Shown here in pieces: positions 8,938 through 19,060 of a stretch of 64,000 nt of DNA. Origin of the DNA: Acidimicrobiia bacterium (lineage in GTDB: Bacteria > Actinomycetota > Acidimicrobiia > Acidimicrobiales > JANYDT01); the NCBI GenBank assembly GCA_031383405.1, contig JANMZO010000266.1:262-64261 (forward strand). The letters run 5' to 3'. Under the pieces are notes generated by a model. That model searched no databases. It saw nothing but the letters and a program-made list of their open reading frames with translations, and was not told where the DNA came from. Made by a program: the position numbers and the translations under genes. The stretch's first letter is position 1, and every line of letters starts with the position of its first letter.

Positions 8938-9669
8938 ATGTATACCGACTTGGATACGGTTTCTCCCGCCCTCCCCGGCGTGGAGTTCATCGCGAGCTCC
9001 GGTCGGCTCGGCGACGACGCGTATTCCCTGCTGAAGACCCGGATCCTGCGTGGGGAATTCCCGCTCAACATGCGGCTCGTGGAAACCCGCCTGGCGAAGG
9101 AACTCGGCTTGTCGCGCACTCCGGTGCGTGAGGCTCTGGCCCGACTGGCCGCGGAGTCGTTGCTTGCGCCGCATCCCGATGGAGGTTTTCAGCCGAGAAT
9201 TCCCGACACTGTCGCCATCCGGGAGCTGTATGAGGTTCGGGCCGCGCTTGAAAACCAGGCGCTCCAACGCCCCGGCCGCAACGGTGCCGTCCATGACCCG
9301 ATGATCCTTGAACCGCTCCGCGATTACTGGCTGGGGCTTCTGAACGGCACGCCCCCCGAGCCAACCCCGGAGTTCGTCCTCCTCGACGAGTCCTTCCACG
9401 TCACGCTTGCGTTGTCGGCGGGAAACCGTGCGACGGTCGAGTTGCTGACGCGGGTCAACGAGCGAATCCGGATTATCCGGATGCAGGACTTCCTCGACGA
9501 AACCCGGATCCGCCTGACCATTGAGGAGCATCTGGCCATAGTCACCGATGTTCTGGAGGGAAACATTCTTGCGGCCGAGATGGCATTTGCCGCTCATCTC
9601 GCCGAGTCGATGGCCTTCGTGGCGGAACGGGCCCAGGCGGCAATCGCCCGGATGGTGATCGGAGCATGA
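8938..9669 (+). CDS. GntR family transcriptional regulator (FadR/FCD subfamily)
   Basis: wHTH ([25 protein letters not shown]) plus a helical FCD-like C-terminus. I chose ATG 8938 (alternative GTG 8893). The rest of the 515-aa track ORF is antisense to the oxidoreductase gene. Confidence 0.82.
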   Translation: MYTDLDTVSPALPGVEFIASSGRLGDDAYSLLKTRILRGEFPLNMRLVETRLAKELGLSRTPVREALARLAAESLLAPHPDGGFQPRIPDTVAIRELYEVRAALENQALQRPGRNGAVHDPMILEPLRDYWLGLLNGTPPEPTPEFVLLDESFHVTLALSAGNRATVELLTRVNERIRIIRMQDFLDETRIRLTIEEHLAIVTDVLEGNILAAEMAFAAHLAESMAFVAERAQAAIARMVIGA

Positions 9670-11297
9670 ACATGAACGGCTCAAACGGCGAACCACTGCT
9701 CAAGGCCCGGGGGATCTGTAAATCCTTCGGCTCCGTTGTAGCCAACGCCGACGTCGACCTCACCCTGTTCCACGGCGAGGTTCACGCGGTGCTCGGAGAG
9801 AATGGAGCGGGAAAGTCGACGCTCATGAAGGTGCTCTTCGGTCTCTATCCGGCGGATGGCGGAACGATCGAGGTGCAAGGTCGGCCGGTCGCGATGGACA
9901 GCCCGGCCGTGGCCCGTGAGAACGGTATCGGCATGGTGTTCCAGGATCTCCGCCTGGTGCCGGCACTGACCGTCGTGGAGAACATCGGACTCTCGCTGAT
10001 TGACCGTGGGCTGCGATTTGATCGGAAATCACTGTCGAAGCAGATCGAGGCGGCCGCCCAGCAGTTCGGCTTGGCGGCTGATCCGGGGGCCACCGTTCGG
10101 GAGCTTTCGATCGGGGAGCGTCAGCGGATCGAGATACTGCGCGTGCTGATGACCGGCGCCAAACTCGTGATCCTCGACGAACCGACCAGCGTGCTCGCTC
10201 CCCAGGAAGTTGATCAACTGTTCGCAGGTCTCCGGTTGTTGAAAGCACAGGGGTTGGCCGTAGTTGTCATCACCCACAAACTGGCCGAGTCGCGCTCGAT
10301 CTCAGATCGCGTCACGGTACTTAGGGGCGGACGGCTGATCGTCGACGGCCAGGAGCCTTCGACGATGACCAACGACGAGCTGATCGAGGCGATGGTCGGC
10401 CGTTCCGTGCCGGGCCTTCCAGCGACCCGGGTGCCGACGCCGAAGGACCGTCCGATGGCGCTGCTGCTTGAGCATGTTTCGGTCCACGACCGCCGTCGGG
10501 GAACCCTGCTCGACGACATCACGCTCCATGTCGCAGCAGGCGAGATGGTCGGCATAGCGGGTGTCGCCGGCAACGGTCAGCTTCCGCTATACGAAGTCGC
10601 GCTCGGGCTCAGCGTCCCGTCGGAAGGTTCGCTTTCGATCGGTGGAAAGGCAATTGCCAAGCCAACGCCCCAAGCGGTTCTGGAAGCGGGGGCGGTGGGG
10701 GTTCCCGAGGATCCGATCCGCGACGCGGTGGTACCCGGACTGTCGGTCCACGAGCACGTGGCGCTCGACGCCCGTCGCTCGTTTCGCAAGGGCCTGAGCA
10801 TCGACTGGGCGAAGGTCCGGAACCACTATGCGGAAGGCAACAGCGTCAGTGAGTTGCGGGGCGCCAACGGTCACCGACTGCTTGGATCACTCTCCGGCGG
10901 CAACATTCAACGGGTCATGTTAATACGCGCGCTTAGTGCCTCCGGGGCCACCCTGGTAGTGGCGGCATATCCAAGCCGCGGTCTCGACATCGCCACAACC
11001 CGTCGTACGCAGGAGCTGCTACTGGAGAAACGGGCCGGTGGGGCGGGGGTATTGCTTATCTCCGAGGATCTCGACGAGTTGTTCGAGCTGTGCGATCGGA
11101 TTGCCGTTCTGCACGGGGGGAAACTGGTCGGTGTGGTTGACCCGAAAGTGTCCAATCGCTACGAAGTCGGCCGTCTGATGCTCGATGCCCACGGCACGGG
11201 ACACGGAGTGTCGAAAAACACGGCGGATTCGAGCGAAGCAACCGCAGGTGGCATCTCGTTGTCCGGTGCTCCCGTTTCCATCGGCGGTTCCCGGTGA
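9666..11297 (+). CDS. ABC transporter ATP-binding protein, duplicated ATPase (CUT2/BMP-type)
   Basis: Walker A (GENGAGKST), signature motifs ([16 protein letters not shown]) and two NBDs in 543 aa. The start overlaps the GntR stop (ATGA). Confidence 0.9.
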   Translation: MNMNGSNGEPLLKARGICKSFGSVVANADVDLTLFHGEVHAVLGENGAGKSTLMKVLFGLYPADGGTIEVQGRPVAMDSPAVARENGIGMVFQDLRLVPALTVVENIGLSLIDRGLRFDRKSLSKQIEAAAQQFGLAADPGATVRELSIGERQRIEILRVLMTGAKLVILDEPTSVLAPQEVDQLFAGLRLLKAQGLAVVVITHKLAESRSISDRVTVLRGGRLIVDGQEPSTMTNDELIEAMVGRSVPGLPATRVPTPKDRPMALLLEHVSVHDRRRGTLLDDITLHVAAGEMVGIAGVAGNGQLPLYEVALGLSVPSEGSLSIGGKAIAKPTPQAVLEAGAVGVPEDPIRDAVVPGLSVHEHVALDARRSFRKGLSIDWAKVRNHYAEGNSVSELRGANGHRLLGSLSGGNIQRVMLIRALSASGATLVVAAYPSRGLDIATTRRTQELLLEKRAGGAGVLLISEDLDELFELCDRIAVLHGGKLVGVVDPKVSNRYEVGRLMLDAHGTGHGVSKNTADSSEATAGGISLSGAPVSIGGSR

Positions 11298-12385
11298 CAT
11301 CCGCCGATACCCAAGTCGTCATCGGGCCGGCGCTTTCGCCCGTTGACGTAGTCCGTTCGCCCCGGGCGCGTGCCATAAGGGCCGGTGCGTCTCGGTATCT
11401 TGCCGCATTCGCTGGCGCTCTGGCGTTGTTCGCGATCTTGATGCTGATCAAGGGCGTGAACCCGATCGCGGCATACAAGGACATGGTCGTTTCGACGTTC
11501 GGTGATTCTTCGCAAATCGCCGGAATACTTGTGCGGGCCACCCCGATCATCCTCGCCGGACTCGCCGTCAGCGTTCCAGCGCGCGCCGGGCTGATCAACG
11601 TCGGTGGTGAAGGGCAACTGATCATCGGCGGGGTCGCCGCCATGGGCGTGTCGCTTCTTGTAGACGGTCGTCTTTCCGGGCCCCTGTCGCTTGCGCTGAT
11701 GGGTCTGGCTGCAGCCGTGGCGGGGGGGCTCTGGTCCGGTATCGCAGCCCTGCTGCGCCTCAAGATCGGGATCGCAGAGTCGGTCACGACGCTCCTCCTG
11801 AACTACATCGCGCTGGACGTCATGTACTTCCTGATCTATGACCGGTGGAAGGACCGGGCCGGCTCGGGCCAACCGGCGACCCGCCCTGTAGCCCGTGGGG
11901 AACACTTGCCACTGTGGTCCGATACACGGGTCCATCTCGGGTTGTTGCTGGCCGTGTCTTGCGCGTTGCTCATTTTCGTCCTGTTCCGCAAGACCGGTTG
12001 GGGGTTTCAGCTCCGGGTGGTCGGAGGCAACATGGAAGCGGCCCGAAGGTCGGGTCTAAAAGTAAGTGCACTTATCGTAAGTGCAATGTTCGTAGGTGGA
12101 GCGCTGGCCGGGCTGGGTGGCTTTGCGCAGCTTGCCGGAGCCGAGTTCAAACTGCGATCGGGCTTTCTGGCCGGATACGGCTACGTAGCGTTCCTCGGGT
12201 CGTGGCTGGCCCGGCACCGCCCGATCGGGGTCACCCTTTCGTGCATCCTGCTTTCCGCCATCGCCATCACCGGCGACAGCCTCCAGCTTGACTCCAAACT
12301 CCCCGCTGCGAGCGTGAACGTTCTCATGGCGCTGGTGCTGCTCGGTGTCTTCGGATTCGGCCGGAAGCGAAAGAGCGCATCATGA
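11294..12385 (+). CDS. ABC transporter permease (BPD_transp_2 type)
   Basis: 363 aa, polytopic. Start and stop are coupled to both neighbours. Confidence 0.85.
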   Translation: MTSADTQVVIGPALSPVDVVRSPRARAIRAGASRYLAAFAGALALFAILMLIKGVNPIAAYKDMVVSTFGDSSQIAGILVRATPIILAGLAVSVPARAGLINVGGEGQLIIGGVAAMGVSLLVDGRLSGPLSLALMGLAAAVAGGLWSGIAALLRLKIGIAESVTTLLLNYIALDVMYFLIYDRWKDRAGSGQPATRPVARGEHLPLWSDTRVHLGLLLAVSCALLIFVLFRKTGWGFQLRVVGGNMEAARRSGLKVSALIVSAMFVGGALAGLGGFAQLAGAEFKLRSGFLAGYGYVAFLGSWLARHRPIGVTLSCILLSAIAITGDSLQLDSKLPAASVNVLMALVLLGVFGFGRKRKSAS

Positions 12386-13299
12386 ACATGCTCACCGAAG
12401 TCATGACCGGCGGTGTCCGTGGTGGCACCTCGATCCTCTACGCCGCCCTCGGGGAGTCGGTGTCTGAGCGGTCCGGGGTCGTGTACCTCGGAACGGAAGG
12501 CTCCATCCTGATGGGAGCACTGGCCGGGTACGCGGTCGCATCGGAAACCGGTCAGGTCTGGTTCGGCGTACTGGCCGGTGCCGCTGCGGGCGGAGCCTTG
12601 GCTGCCGTGCACGCCTACCTGGTGCTGAGCCGGGGAGCCAACCAACTGGCCACCGGCCTGGTGGTGCTCTTTCTCGGCCTCGGCCTCACCTCACTCTTCG
12701 GAGCCAACTACGTACAGGCGCTGGCTCCCTCGTTCCGGCCCGTGGCCATTCCAGGGCTGTCGTCGATCCCGTTCTTCGGCACGGTTCTGTTCAAGCAGGA
12801 TCCGCTCGTGTACCTCTCGTTCGCCCTCGTGCCGGCCATGTGGTGGTTCATCAGCCGGAGCCGTTGGGGTCTTCTGCTCCGTGCCGCCGGTGAGCGCTCC
12901 GAGGTCCTGACCGCCACCGGCCACCGGGTGCTTCCAATCCAGTACGCCGCGGTCGTGGTCTGCGGCATGTTCGCGGGCATCGGTGGCGTTCACCTTTCAA
13001 CCGCCTACACCAAGTCATGGTTCGAAAACATGGCCCAGGGGCGAGGTTTCGTGGCGGTTGCGGTCGTCATGTTTGCGGCCCGGCAGCCGTTCAAGGTGGC
13101 GGCCGGTTCGTATCTCTTCGGTGCTGCGCTCGCGCTTTCACCTGCGCTTCAGGCCCGCGGATACGGCATCAACCAGTTTGCTCTCGACGCGGTCCCGTAT
13201 CTGGTGACCCTCGGGGTGCTTATCGTGCTCGGAAAGCGCCGCACCGCCGACCTTCCCGAAGGCCTGTCCAAGGTTTTCGAAGCGACACCCACCACTTGA
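12382..13299 (+). CDS. ABC transporter permease (BPD_transp_2 type)
   Basis: 305 aa, polytopic, with an ATGA overlap to the upstream permease. Confidence 0.85.
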   Translation: MNMLTEVMTGGVRGGTSILYAALGESVSERSGVVYLGTEGSILMGALAGYAVASETGQVWFGVLAGAAAGGALAAVHAYLVLSRGANQLATGLVVLFLGLGLTSLFGANYVQALAPSFRPVAIPGLSSIPFFGTVLFKQDPLVYLSFALVPAMWWFISRSRWGLLLRAAGERSEVLTATGHRVLPIQYAAVVVCGMFAGIGGVHLSTAYTKSWFENMAQGRGFVAVAVVMFAARQPFKVAAGSYLFGAALALSPALQARGYGINQFALDAVPYLVTLGVLIVLGKRRTADLPEGLSKVFEATPTT

Positions 13300-13313
13300 C
13301 CTTCACAACCAAC

Positions 13314-13365
13314 AAGCCCCACAACCAAGCCCCACAACCAAGCCCCACAACCTAGCCCCACAACG
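13314..13365. repeat. 13-bp C/A-rich tandem repeat (aagccccacaacc, 4 copies, last one degenerate)
   Basis: Read directly. Fills much of the 135-bp spacer between the last permease and the SBP gene. A fifth degenerate copy may start near 13301. Confidence 0.85.
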
Positions 13366-13434
13366 AGCAATTCCCCTACCCGCAACACCTACATCAGCAC
13401 TACCTAAACCTAGCAATCCTTCTGGAGGACAAAC

Positions 13435-14712
13435 ATGCGATCACGACTTCTCATTCCTGCGGCGATAGCCGCACTCTCACTGCTGGCCGTCGGCTGTTCC
13501 AGCGACAAGGCCGCCGACACCACGGCTGCCACCGAGACGGCCGCTGCCGAGACCGCTGCTGCCGACACGGCTGCTGCCGACACGGCTGCTGCCACCGAGA
13601 CGGCCGCTGCCTCCGAGACGGCTGCTGCGGCGGCGGAAACGACCGTCGCGGCTGCTGCGACCGGGACCGGGCCCGGTGCCGGGTCGAAGAAGGTCGGGTT
13701 CATCTTCGTAGGCCCGAAGGATGACTACGGTTACAACCAGGCGGCATTCCAGGGCAGCGAAGCGGTGAAGGCGAAGTTCCCGGACCTCGAAGTCCTCACC
13801 GCCGAGAATGTTCCGGAAGACGACAACGCGACCCGCATCATGGAAAAGATGATCTCCGATGGAGCGAAGATCATCTTCGCCACGTCCTACGGTCACCTCG
13901 ACCCGGCGATGAAGGTCGCTGCCGCTCACCCGGATGTCGCCATTGTGCAGCAGGGTAACTTCATCAAAGACGCGGTTCCGGCCAACGCTGGAACATACTT
14001 CGGCACCGTCTACGAGCCCGTGTATCTCGCTGGTATCGCGGCCGGAAAGGCCACGAAGTCCAACAAGCTGGGCTATGTGTACGCCTTTCCGATTCCCCAG
14101 ACCATCGCCAATATCAACGCATTTCAGCTCGGCGCGGCTTCGGTCAATCCGGCCATTCAGACCCTGGTTGTTAACACGTCGAACTGGTGTGATCCGGCGA
14201 AGCAGGCCGAAGCGGCCAAGAGCCTCTTCGCTCAAGGCGTCGATGTCATAACTCAGCACCAGGACTGCACGGCCACGATCACGAAGGCGGCTGAAGAGGC
14301 CGGCAAGATGGTTGTGGGCTACCACGCCGATGCATCGTCGCTCGCCCCCAAGGGCTGGGTGGCCGGTTCCGAATGGAGCTGGGGTGACCTCTACATCGAT
14401 ATTGTCAACACGGCGCTTTCGGGCAAGTTCACCGGCTCGAAGTTCAACGGCAACTACCGGGTTGGCTACAAAGACGGCGGAAACCCCTTTGTACAGTCGA
14501 AGTTCGGAACAATGATCGACGATGCGACAAAAGCGAAGATCGAAGAGGCCAAGAAGCTCATTTCGAGCCCAGAAGGTTCCCCCTTCACCGGCCCCATCAT
14601 GGCTCAGGACGGTAGCGAGATGTTCCCGGCTGGCGTACCTGATTACGCGTCGGTCGAATCGAAGAACACCGTCTTTGTCAAAGGCGTTGTCGGCGAGATC
14701 CCGAAGGGCTGA
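13435..14712 (+). CDS. BMP family (Med/PnrA-like) ABC transporter substrate-binding lipoprotein
   Basis: Lipobox (LLAVGC), a long Ala/Thr/Glu linker, then a BMP-like body (KVGFIFVGPKDDYGYNQA..). Confidence 0.88.
   Translation: MRSRLLIPAAIAALSLLAVGCSSDKAADTTAATETAAAETAAADTAAADTAAATETAAASETAAAAAETTVAAAATGTGPGAGSKKVGFIFVGPKDDYGYNQAAFQGSEAVKAKFPDLEVLTAENVPEDDNATRIMEKMISDGAKIIFATSYGHLDPAMKVAAAHPDVAIVQQGNFIKDAVPANAGTYFGTVYEPVYLAGIAAGKATKSNKLGYVYAFPIPQTIANINAFQLGAASVNPAIQTLVVNTSNWCDPAKQAEAAKSLFAQGVDVITQHQDCTATITKAAEEAGKMVVGYHADASSLAPKGWVAGSEWSWGDLYIDIVNTALSGKFTGSKFNGNYRVGYKDGGNPFVQSKFGTMIDDATKAKIEEAKKLISSPEGSPFTGPIMAQDGSEMFPAGVPDYASVESKNTVFVKGVVGEIPKG
13511..13660 (+). repeat. in-frame low-complexity tandem repeat encoding the (A-A-A-[DE]-T) linker of the lipoprotein
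   Basis: The gctgctgccgacacg-type 15-bp periodicity encodes AADTTAATETAAAETAAADTAAADTAAATETAAASETAAAAAETT. Confidence 0.8.
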
Positions 14713-14732
14713 TCCCCACCGGTGTGGTTGAT

Positions 14733-14758
14733 CGGGCGGCCGGGTCACCGGCCGCCCG
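14733..14758 (+). terminator. stem-loop after the SBP gene (cgggcggccgg gtca ccggccgcccg)
   Basis: Perfect 11-bp GC stem with a 4-nt loop. A T-run (cccattttt) follows ~10 nt downstream. Confidence 0.65.
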
Positions 14759-14945
14759 TGCAGTTCCCATTTTTAGTACCGTCCCTTTTCTGAATCGCCC
14801 TGGTAGTGCCTCTTCGCGTAGGAGACTGCGACGCCGAGCGCTACGGCAATCCGATACCCGTGGGAGATGTTGAAGAATTCGACATCACACTCTCCTGCGC
14901 TTCAGTGCACTAGTTCGTGTAAAACCTTTGATGTGAGGAGTTGGC

Positions 14946-15626
14946 GTGACCGGACCTGTTCTGGCCGAACCATACAACTGGCCCTATGACGGTGTCATCG
15001 ACCCCAACCGGACCGCGCTGGTCTGTATCGACTGGCAGACCGACTTCTGCGGCGTCGGCGGGTACGTGGATTCTATGGGTTATGACCTGTCGCTCACCCG
15101 TGCGGGTCTGGCGCCGACGGCCGTGGTTCTGGCGGCCGTGCGTGCGGCCGGTTGGAAAGTCGTGCACACGCGGGAAGGCCACCGGCCCGACCTCTCCGAC
15201 TGCCCACCCAACAAACTCTGGCGATCGAAAGGTATCGGGGCCGGTATCGGCGACGCAGGTCCGTGCGGACGCATCCTGGTCCGGGGCGAACCCGGTTGGG
15301 AGATCGTTCCCGAAGTCGCGCCTATAGCTGGAGAGTTGATCATCGACAAACCGGGTAAAGGCGCGTTCTACGCGACGGACCTCGACCTCCTCCTCCGAAC
15401 CGCCGGCATCACCCATCTGGTCTTCACCGGAATAACCACAGATGTATGTGTACATACGACTATGCGTGACGCAAACGACCGGGGCTACGAGTGCCTCCTG
15501 CTGTCGGATTGCACCGGCGCCACAGATTTCGGCAACTATGAGGCGGCCCTGAAGATGGTCACGATGCAGAATGGTGTATTCGGAGCGGTTGCACCGTCTA
15601 AGGCACTGTTGGACGTACTGGGGTGA
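14946..15626 (+). CDS. isochorismatase-like cysteine hydrolase (RutB/BiuH/TrtA-type amidohydrolase), copy 1
   Basis: Candidate D-K-C triad contexts: [30 protein letters not shown] lies 6 nt before GTG 14946. Confidence 0.85.
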   Translation: MTGPVLAEPYNWPYDGVIDPNRTALVCIDWQTDFCGVGGYVDSMGYDLSLTRAGLAPTAVVLAAVRAAGWKVVHTREGHRPDLSDCPPNKLWRSKGIGAGIGDAGPCGRILVRGEPGWEIVPEVAPIAGELIIDKPGKGAFYATDLDLLLRTAGITHLVFTGITTDVCVHTTMRDANDRGYECLLLSDCTGATDFGNYEAALKMVTMQNGVFGAVAPSKALLDVLG

Positions 15627-15630
15627 GCGC

Positions 15631-17424
15631 ATGAGGAGCGAAATGCCGGCATCGACCGCTGGATCGGATGCTCTCAACCCTGCCGGCTGGTCCGTTGCCG
15701 ATCATCTTGACGCACGTCGACGTGGGATGTCGGCGTCCGAGGTGATGGAGGTGGTCCTTCGGCAATTGGAGACGCTCGATGACCCAGCGGTGCTCATCGG
15801 CGCGCCCCTGCGTCGGTCCGCCATGGAGGCGGCTCTGGAACTGGATGGGAAGGAGCCTGCGGATTACCCGTTACACGGTGTGCCGTTTCTGGTGAAAGAC
15901 AACATTGATGTGCGGGGTATCGAGACGACGTGCGGATGCCCGTCTTTCGCGTACGTGCCTGACGTTGATTCCGAGGTGGTGGCCCGCCTGCGAGGAGCGG
16001 GGGCGATCCCGGTCGGCAAGACGAACCTCGACCAGTTCGCAACCGGCCTGGTGGGGACCCGCTCGCCGTACGGGATCCCCCGCAATCCGCTCAACGCCGA
16101 CCTGGTCCCCGGGGGATCCAGCTCGGGCTCGGCCGTGGGGGTCGCCCGCGGACTGGTGCCGTTCTCACTCGGAACCGATACCGCAGGGTCCGGGCGTGTG
16201 CCGGCTGCGATGTGTGGCATCGTCGGTCTGAAGCCAACCGTGGGGCGTTTCCCTTCGCGGGGAATCGTGCCGGCGGTGCGTCGGATCGACTGCCCGACCG
16301 TGTTTGCCAGATCGATGGCCGACGCCCGCCTCGTGGGCCGGATCATGGCCGGGTATGACCCGATTGATCCGTACTCGAAGCGACCGGTTTCGTCGAAGTC
16401 GGCGGTACGCATCTTCGGGATTCCAAAGGACCTTTCGGCACTTGCGCAGATCATGGACCCGGATGCTCTGCGCGCCTATCAAAACGTGATCGAGGGCCTT
16501 TCGAAGGTCTGGACCGTCGTCGAGATCGACCTGGCCCCGTACCTGGAGGCCGGCCGCCTCCTGTACGGTGGGCCATTCGTGGCGGAACGAACTGCTGCGG
16601 TTGGTGATTTTCTCGCAGCTGACCCGCCCGGGCTTGATCCGACCGTTGCGTCCATCATCCGGGCCGGCACGACCTACACGGCGGTGGAGGCTTATGGCAA
16701 CGAGTACCGCGTGTCGGACCTCCGGCGTCGGGTCGACGCTGACTGGTCGACGATAGACGCCATCATCCTACCCACCACGCCCGGAGTGGCGACTTTGACT
16801 GACGTTGCAGACGACCCCGTCGGGGCGAACATGCGGCTCGGGACGTTCACAACGTTCGTCAATCTGCTGGACCTGGCGGGAGTGGCAATTCCGGTTGGTA
16901 CGCGCGCTGATGGTCTCCCTTTCGGGGTGCAACTCATCGGTCCGGCCTGGACGGATGAGGCACTCGCCGACGTGGCGCAAATCCTGTTGGGCGAACCCGA
17001 GACCTTGGAGGGAGCCCGAGACGGAGAGCAGTTGATCACGGTAGTTGGTGCGCACCTTCAGGGCATGCCGCTGAACCATCAACTGACCGGCCGGGGGGCC
17101 CGCCTCGTTGCCGAAACCGAGACGGCCGGGTCATATCGGCTGTACGCGTTAGCCGGCACCGTGCCACCAAAACCCGGGCTTCTCCGGGTGGCCGAGGGTG
17201 GCCGAAGCATCCTGGTCGAAGTCTGGGCGATGTCGGTCGCCGAGTTCGGGTCCTTTACCGCCGAGATTCCCCGACCGCTGGGCATAGGGTCGGTGGAGTT
17301 GGCCGATGGAACCGTGTGCAAGGGCTTTATCTGCGAGCCGGACGGGTTCCCCGGTGGCACCGACATCTCCGAGTTCGGTGGATGGCGTGCGTATCGCGCG
17401 GCACAGGTCGGAGGTGGCGCGTGA
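15631..17424 (+). CDS. allophanate hydrolase (AtzF/amidase-signature family with allophanate hydrolase C-terminal domain)
   Basis: Amidase signature ([20 protein letters not shown]) plus a C-terminal domain ([27 protein letters not shown]). About 597 aa from ATG 15631. Confidence 0.85.
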   Translation: MRSEMPASTAGSDALNPAGWSVADHLDARRRGMSASEVMEVVLRQLETLDDPAVLIGAPLRRSAMEAALELDGKEPADYPLHGVPFLVKDNIDVRGIETTCGCPSFAYVPDVDSEVVARLRGAGAIPVGKTNLDQFATGLVGTRSPYGIPRNPLNADLVPGGSSSGSAVGVARGLVPFSLGTDTAGSGRVPAAMCGIVGLKPTVGRFPSRGIVPAVRRIDCPTVFARSMADARLVGRIMAGYDPIDPYSKRPVSSKSAVRIFGIPKDLSALAQIMDPDALRAYQNVIEGLSKVWTVVEIDLAPYLEAGRLLYGGPFVAERTAAVGDFLAADPPGLDPTVASIIRAGTTYTAVEAYGNEYRVSDLRRRVDADWSTIDAIILPTTPGVATLTDVADDPVGANMRLGTFTTFVNLLDLAGVAIPVGTRADGLPFGVQLIGPAWTDEALADVAQILLGEPETLEGARDGEQLITVVGAHLQGMPLNHQLTGRGARLVAETETAGSYRLYALAGTVPPKPGLLRVAEGGRSILVEVWAMSVAEFGSFTAEIPRPLGIGSVELADGTVCKGFICEPDGFPGGTDISEFGGWRAYRAAQVGGGA

Positions 17425-18080
17425 ACGTCGACGCCCGCCCGTTTCCGTTCATCGCCGATGTGACAAGCACAGCGCTGCTGATCATTGACATGCAACGGGA
17501 CTTTCTCGAACCCGGTGGATTCGGGGAACTGCTCGGAAACGATGTGTCTTTGCTGCGAACGACGATCGGGCCGAACCGTCGCGTCCTCGACGCGGCTCGC
17601 GAGCTAGGGATGCTGGTCATCCACACGCGGGAGGGGCACCGACCCGACCTCACCGACTGTCCACCGGCCAAGTTGACGCGCGGAGGCACGACGTTCATCG
17701 GCACCGATGGCCCGATGGGCCGAATTCTTGTGCGCGGTGAAGCCGGTCACGAGATCATCCCGGAACTGGCACCGCAGCCCGGCGAACCGGTCATCGACAA
17801 GCCCGGCAAAGGGGCGTTCTACGCTACCGACCTAGAGTTGATTCTGCGTGAACGTCGGATCCGGTCTCTCGTCGTGTGCGGTGTGACAACGGAAGTATGT
17901 GTACATACGACCGTGCGCGAAGCGAATGATCGCGGATTCGAGTGTCTGGTTCTCGAGGATTGCGTCGGCTCATATTTTCCGGAATTTCAGCGGGTGGCCC
18001 TGGCGATGTTCGAGGCCCAGGGGGCAATTTTCGCCTGGGTTGGATCGTCCGACAGCTTCCTCGGGGCGTTGCCGGCGTGA
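17421..18080 (+). CDS. isochorismatase-like cysteine hydrolase, copy 2 (paralogue of 14946-15626)
   Basis: Shares [45 protein letters not shown] and TTEVCVHTT with copy 1 (roughly half the residues are identical by eye). GTG 17421 overlaps the upstream stop (GTGA). Confidence 0.85.
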   Translation: MNVDARPFPFIADVTSTALLIIDMQRDFLEPGGFGELLGNDVSLLRTTIGPNRRVLDAARELGMLVIHTREGHRPDLTDCPPAKLTRGGTTFIGTDGPMGRILVRGEAGHEIIPELAPQPGEPVIDKPGKGAFYATDLELILRERRIRSLVVCGVTTEVCVHTTVREANDRGFECLVLEDCVGSYFPEFQRVALAMFEAQGAIFAWVGSSDSFLGALPA

Positions 18081-18271
18081 TCCCGCTCATGGATCGACCG
18101 GGTGTCCAACGAATCCATGACGGCGCAACGTGCCGGGACCATCGGATTTCCAGCCGCGTACCCCCTTTCAGTCCCGTTCGCGTCGTACGGGCCCGGTCTC
18201 GTGGTTCGCTTGTCCCGGGGTCCCGAGGCGACGAAACCCGCGGCGAGATCCGCCTCATCACCTCTACCGCC

Positions 18272-19060
18272 ATGTATGCGACGACTATGGGGCGAGCAGA
18301 CCCGCAACGATGTTCTGACGTCGTGTCGCTTCACCCGGTGAGCGTCCCCCGGTCGCCGTTGTCGCTCCACGTCGAAGCGTGGGATGCCTTTGTCGACGCC
18401 GGTTTCGTCGTCGGTGACCGTGTCCTGCTTCGGGACGGTTCGCTGACGGTGTCGGGCGCATCGGGAAATGTCGTGGTGTGTGACTTCGCTGACGCGCCCG
18501 AGTGGACGGGTTCAACCGGGGCTGTTTCGATCTCCTCCCGTGCGGTCGATGACGCTCTTGGCCAACTCGAGATGCTGAATCAGCTGTCGTTGCGCGCGGC
18601 CCGGGCCCGTCTGGCGGACCGGGTCGACGCGCTGGTTGCCGCTCTCTGTGAGGGGAGCGATCCGTCGGTAAGGGCGGCGGTCCGGGGGCTTGTCGGCTTC
18701 GGGCCGGGTTTGACACCGTCCGGTGATGATGTGCTGGCGGGATGCCTTGTCGCACTGCTTCGTTGGAACGCAACGGTGTCAGTGGGCGATCGCCTCAAGC
18801 GGACGATAACGGAGCGTCTGGCGAGCCCCAACGCCACGGGCTTCGTCGGACGCCAGCTCCTCGAACTCGCCCGACTCGGGTTCACCCATGAAGCGCTCGA
18901 CGACGTTCTTCTGGCCCTGCCGCTCGCAGGATCGGCGCTCGCGTCGCCGGCGGAACGGGTCTTGTCCGTCGGAGCGACGTCCGGTGCCGATTCGTTACTG
19001 GGTGTCGAGTGTGCGTTACGGGTGTTCGTCGCTCTGACGGAACGAGACGTCCCCAAATGA
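18272..19060 (+). CDS. DUF2877 family protein (E. coli YlbF/AllH-like)
   Basis: About 262 aa from ATG 18272. The GFGPGLTPSGDDVLAGCLVAL motif and the position next to fdrA/DUF1116 genes support the call. The start is uncertain. Confidence 0.6.
   Translation: MYATTMGRADPQRCSDVVSLHPVSVPRSPLSLHVEAWDAFVDAGFVVGDRVLLRDGSLTVSGASGNVVVCDFADAPEWTGSTGAVSISSRAVDDALGQLEMLNQLSLRAARARLADRVDALVAALCEGSDPSVRAAVRGLVGFGPGLTPSGDDVLAGCLVALLRWNATVSVGDRLKRTITERLASPNATGFVGRQLLELARLGFTHEALDDVLLALPLAGSALASPAERVLSVGATSGADSLLGVECALRVFVALTERDVPK

Noticed and set aside
13314-13365. Tandem repeats here and at 2567-2594, 5893-5995, 34668-34698, 36716-36864, 53143-53210 and 59637-59712 considered as CRISPR arrays.
   Set aside because: All are head-to-tail repeats without unique spacers of regular length. 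The units are 9-67 bp with <=4 copies, and there are no cas genes.
14759-14945. Possible riboswitch (guanidine-I/II/III or other) in the 186-nt leader of the amidohydrolase/allophanate hydrolase cluster. A 35-codon GTG ORF also lies in this leader.
   Set aside because: I found no ykkC core (ACGGCGGGA.. / GGUCCGAGAG), no paired ACGR-loop hairpins and no guanidine-III consensus. The mini-ORF has no SD. The region is left as an unexplained leader, and only a covariance-model scan could settle it.
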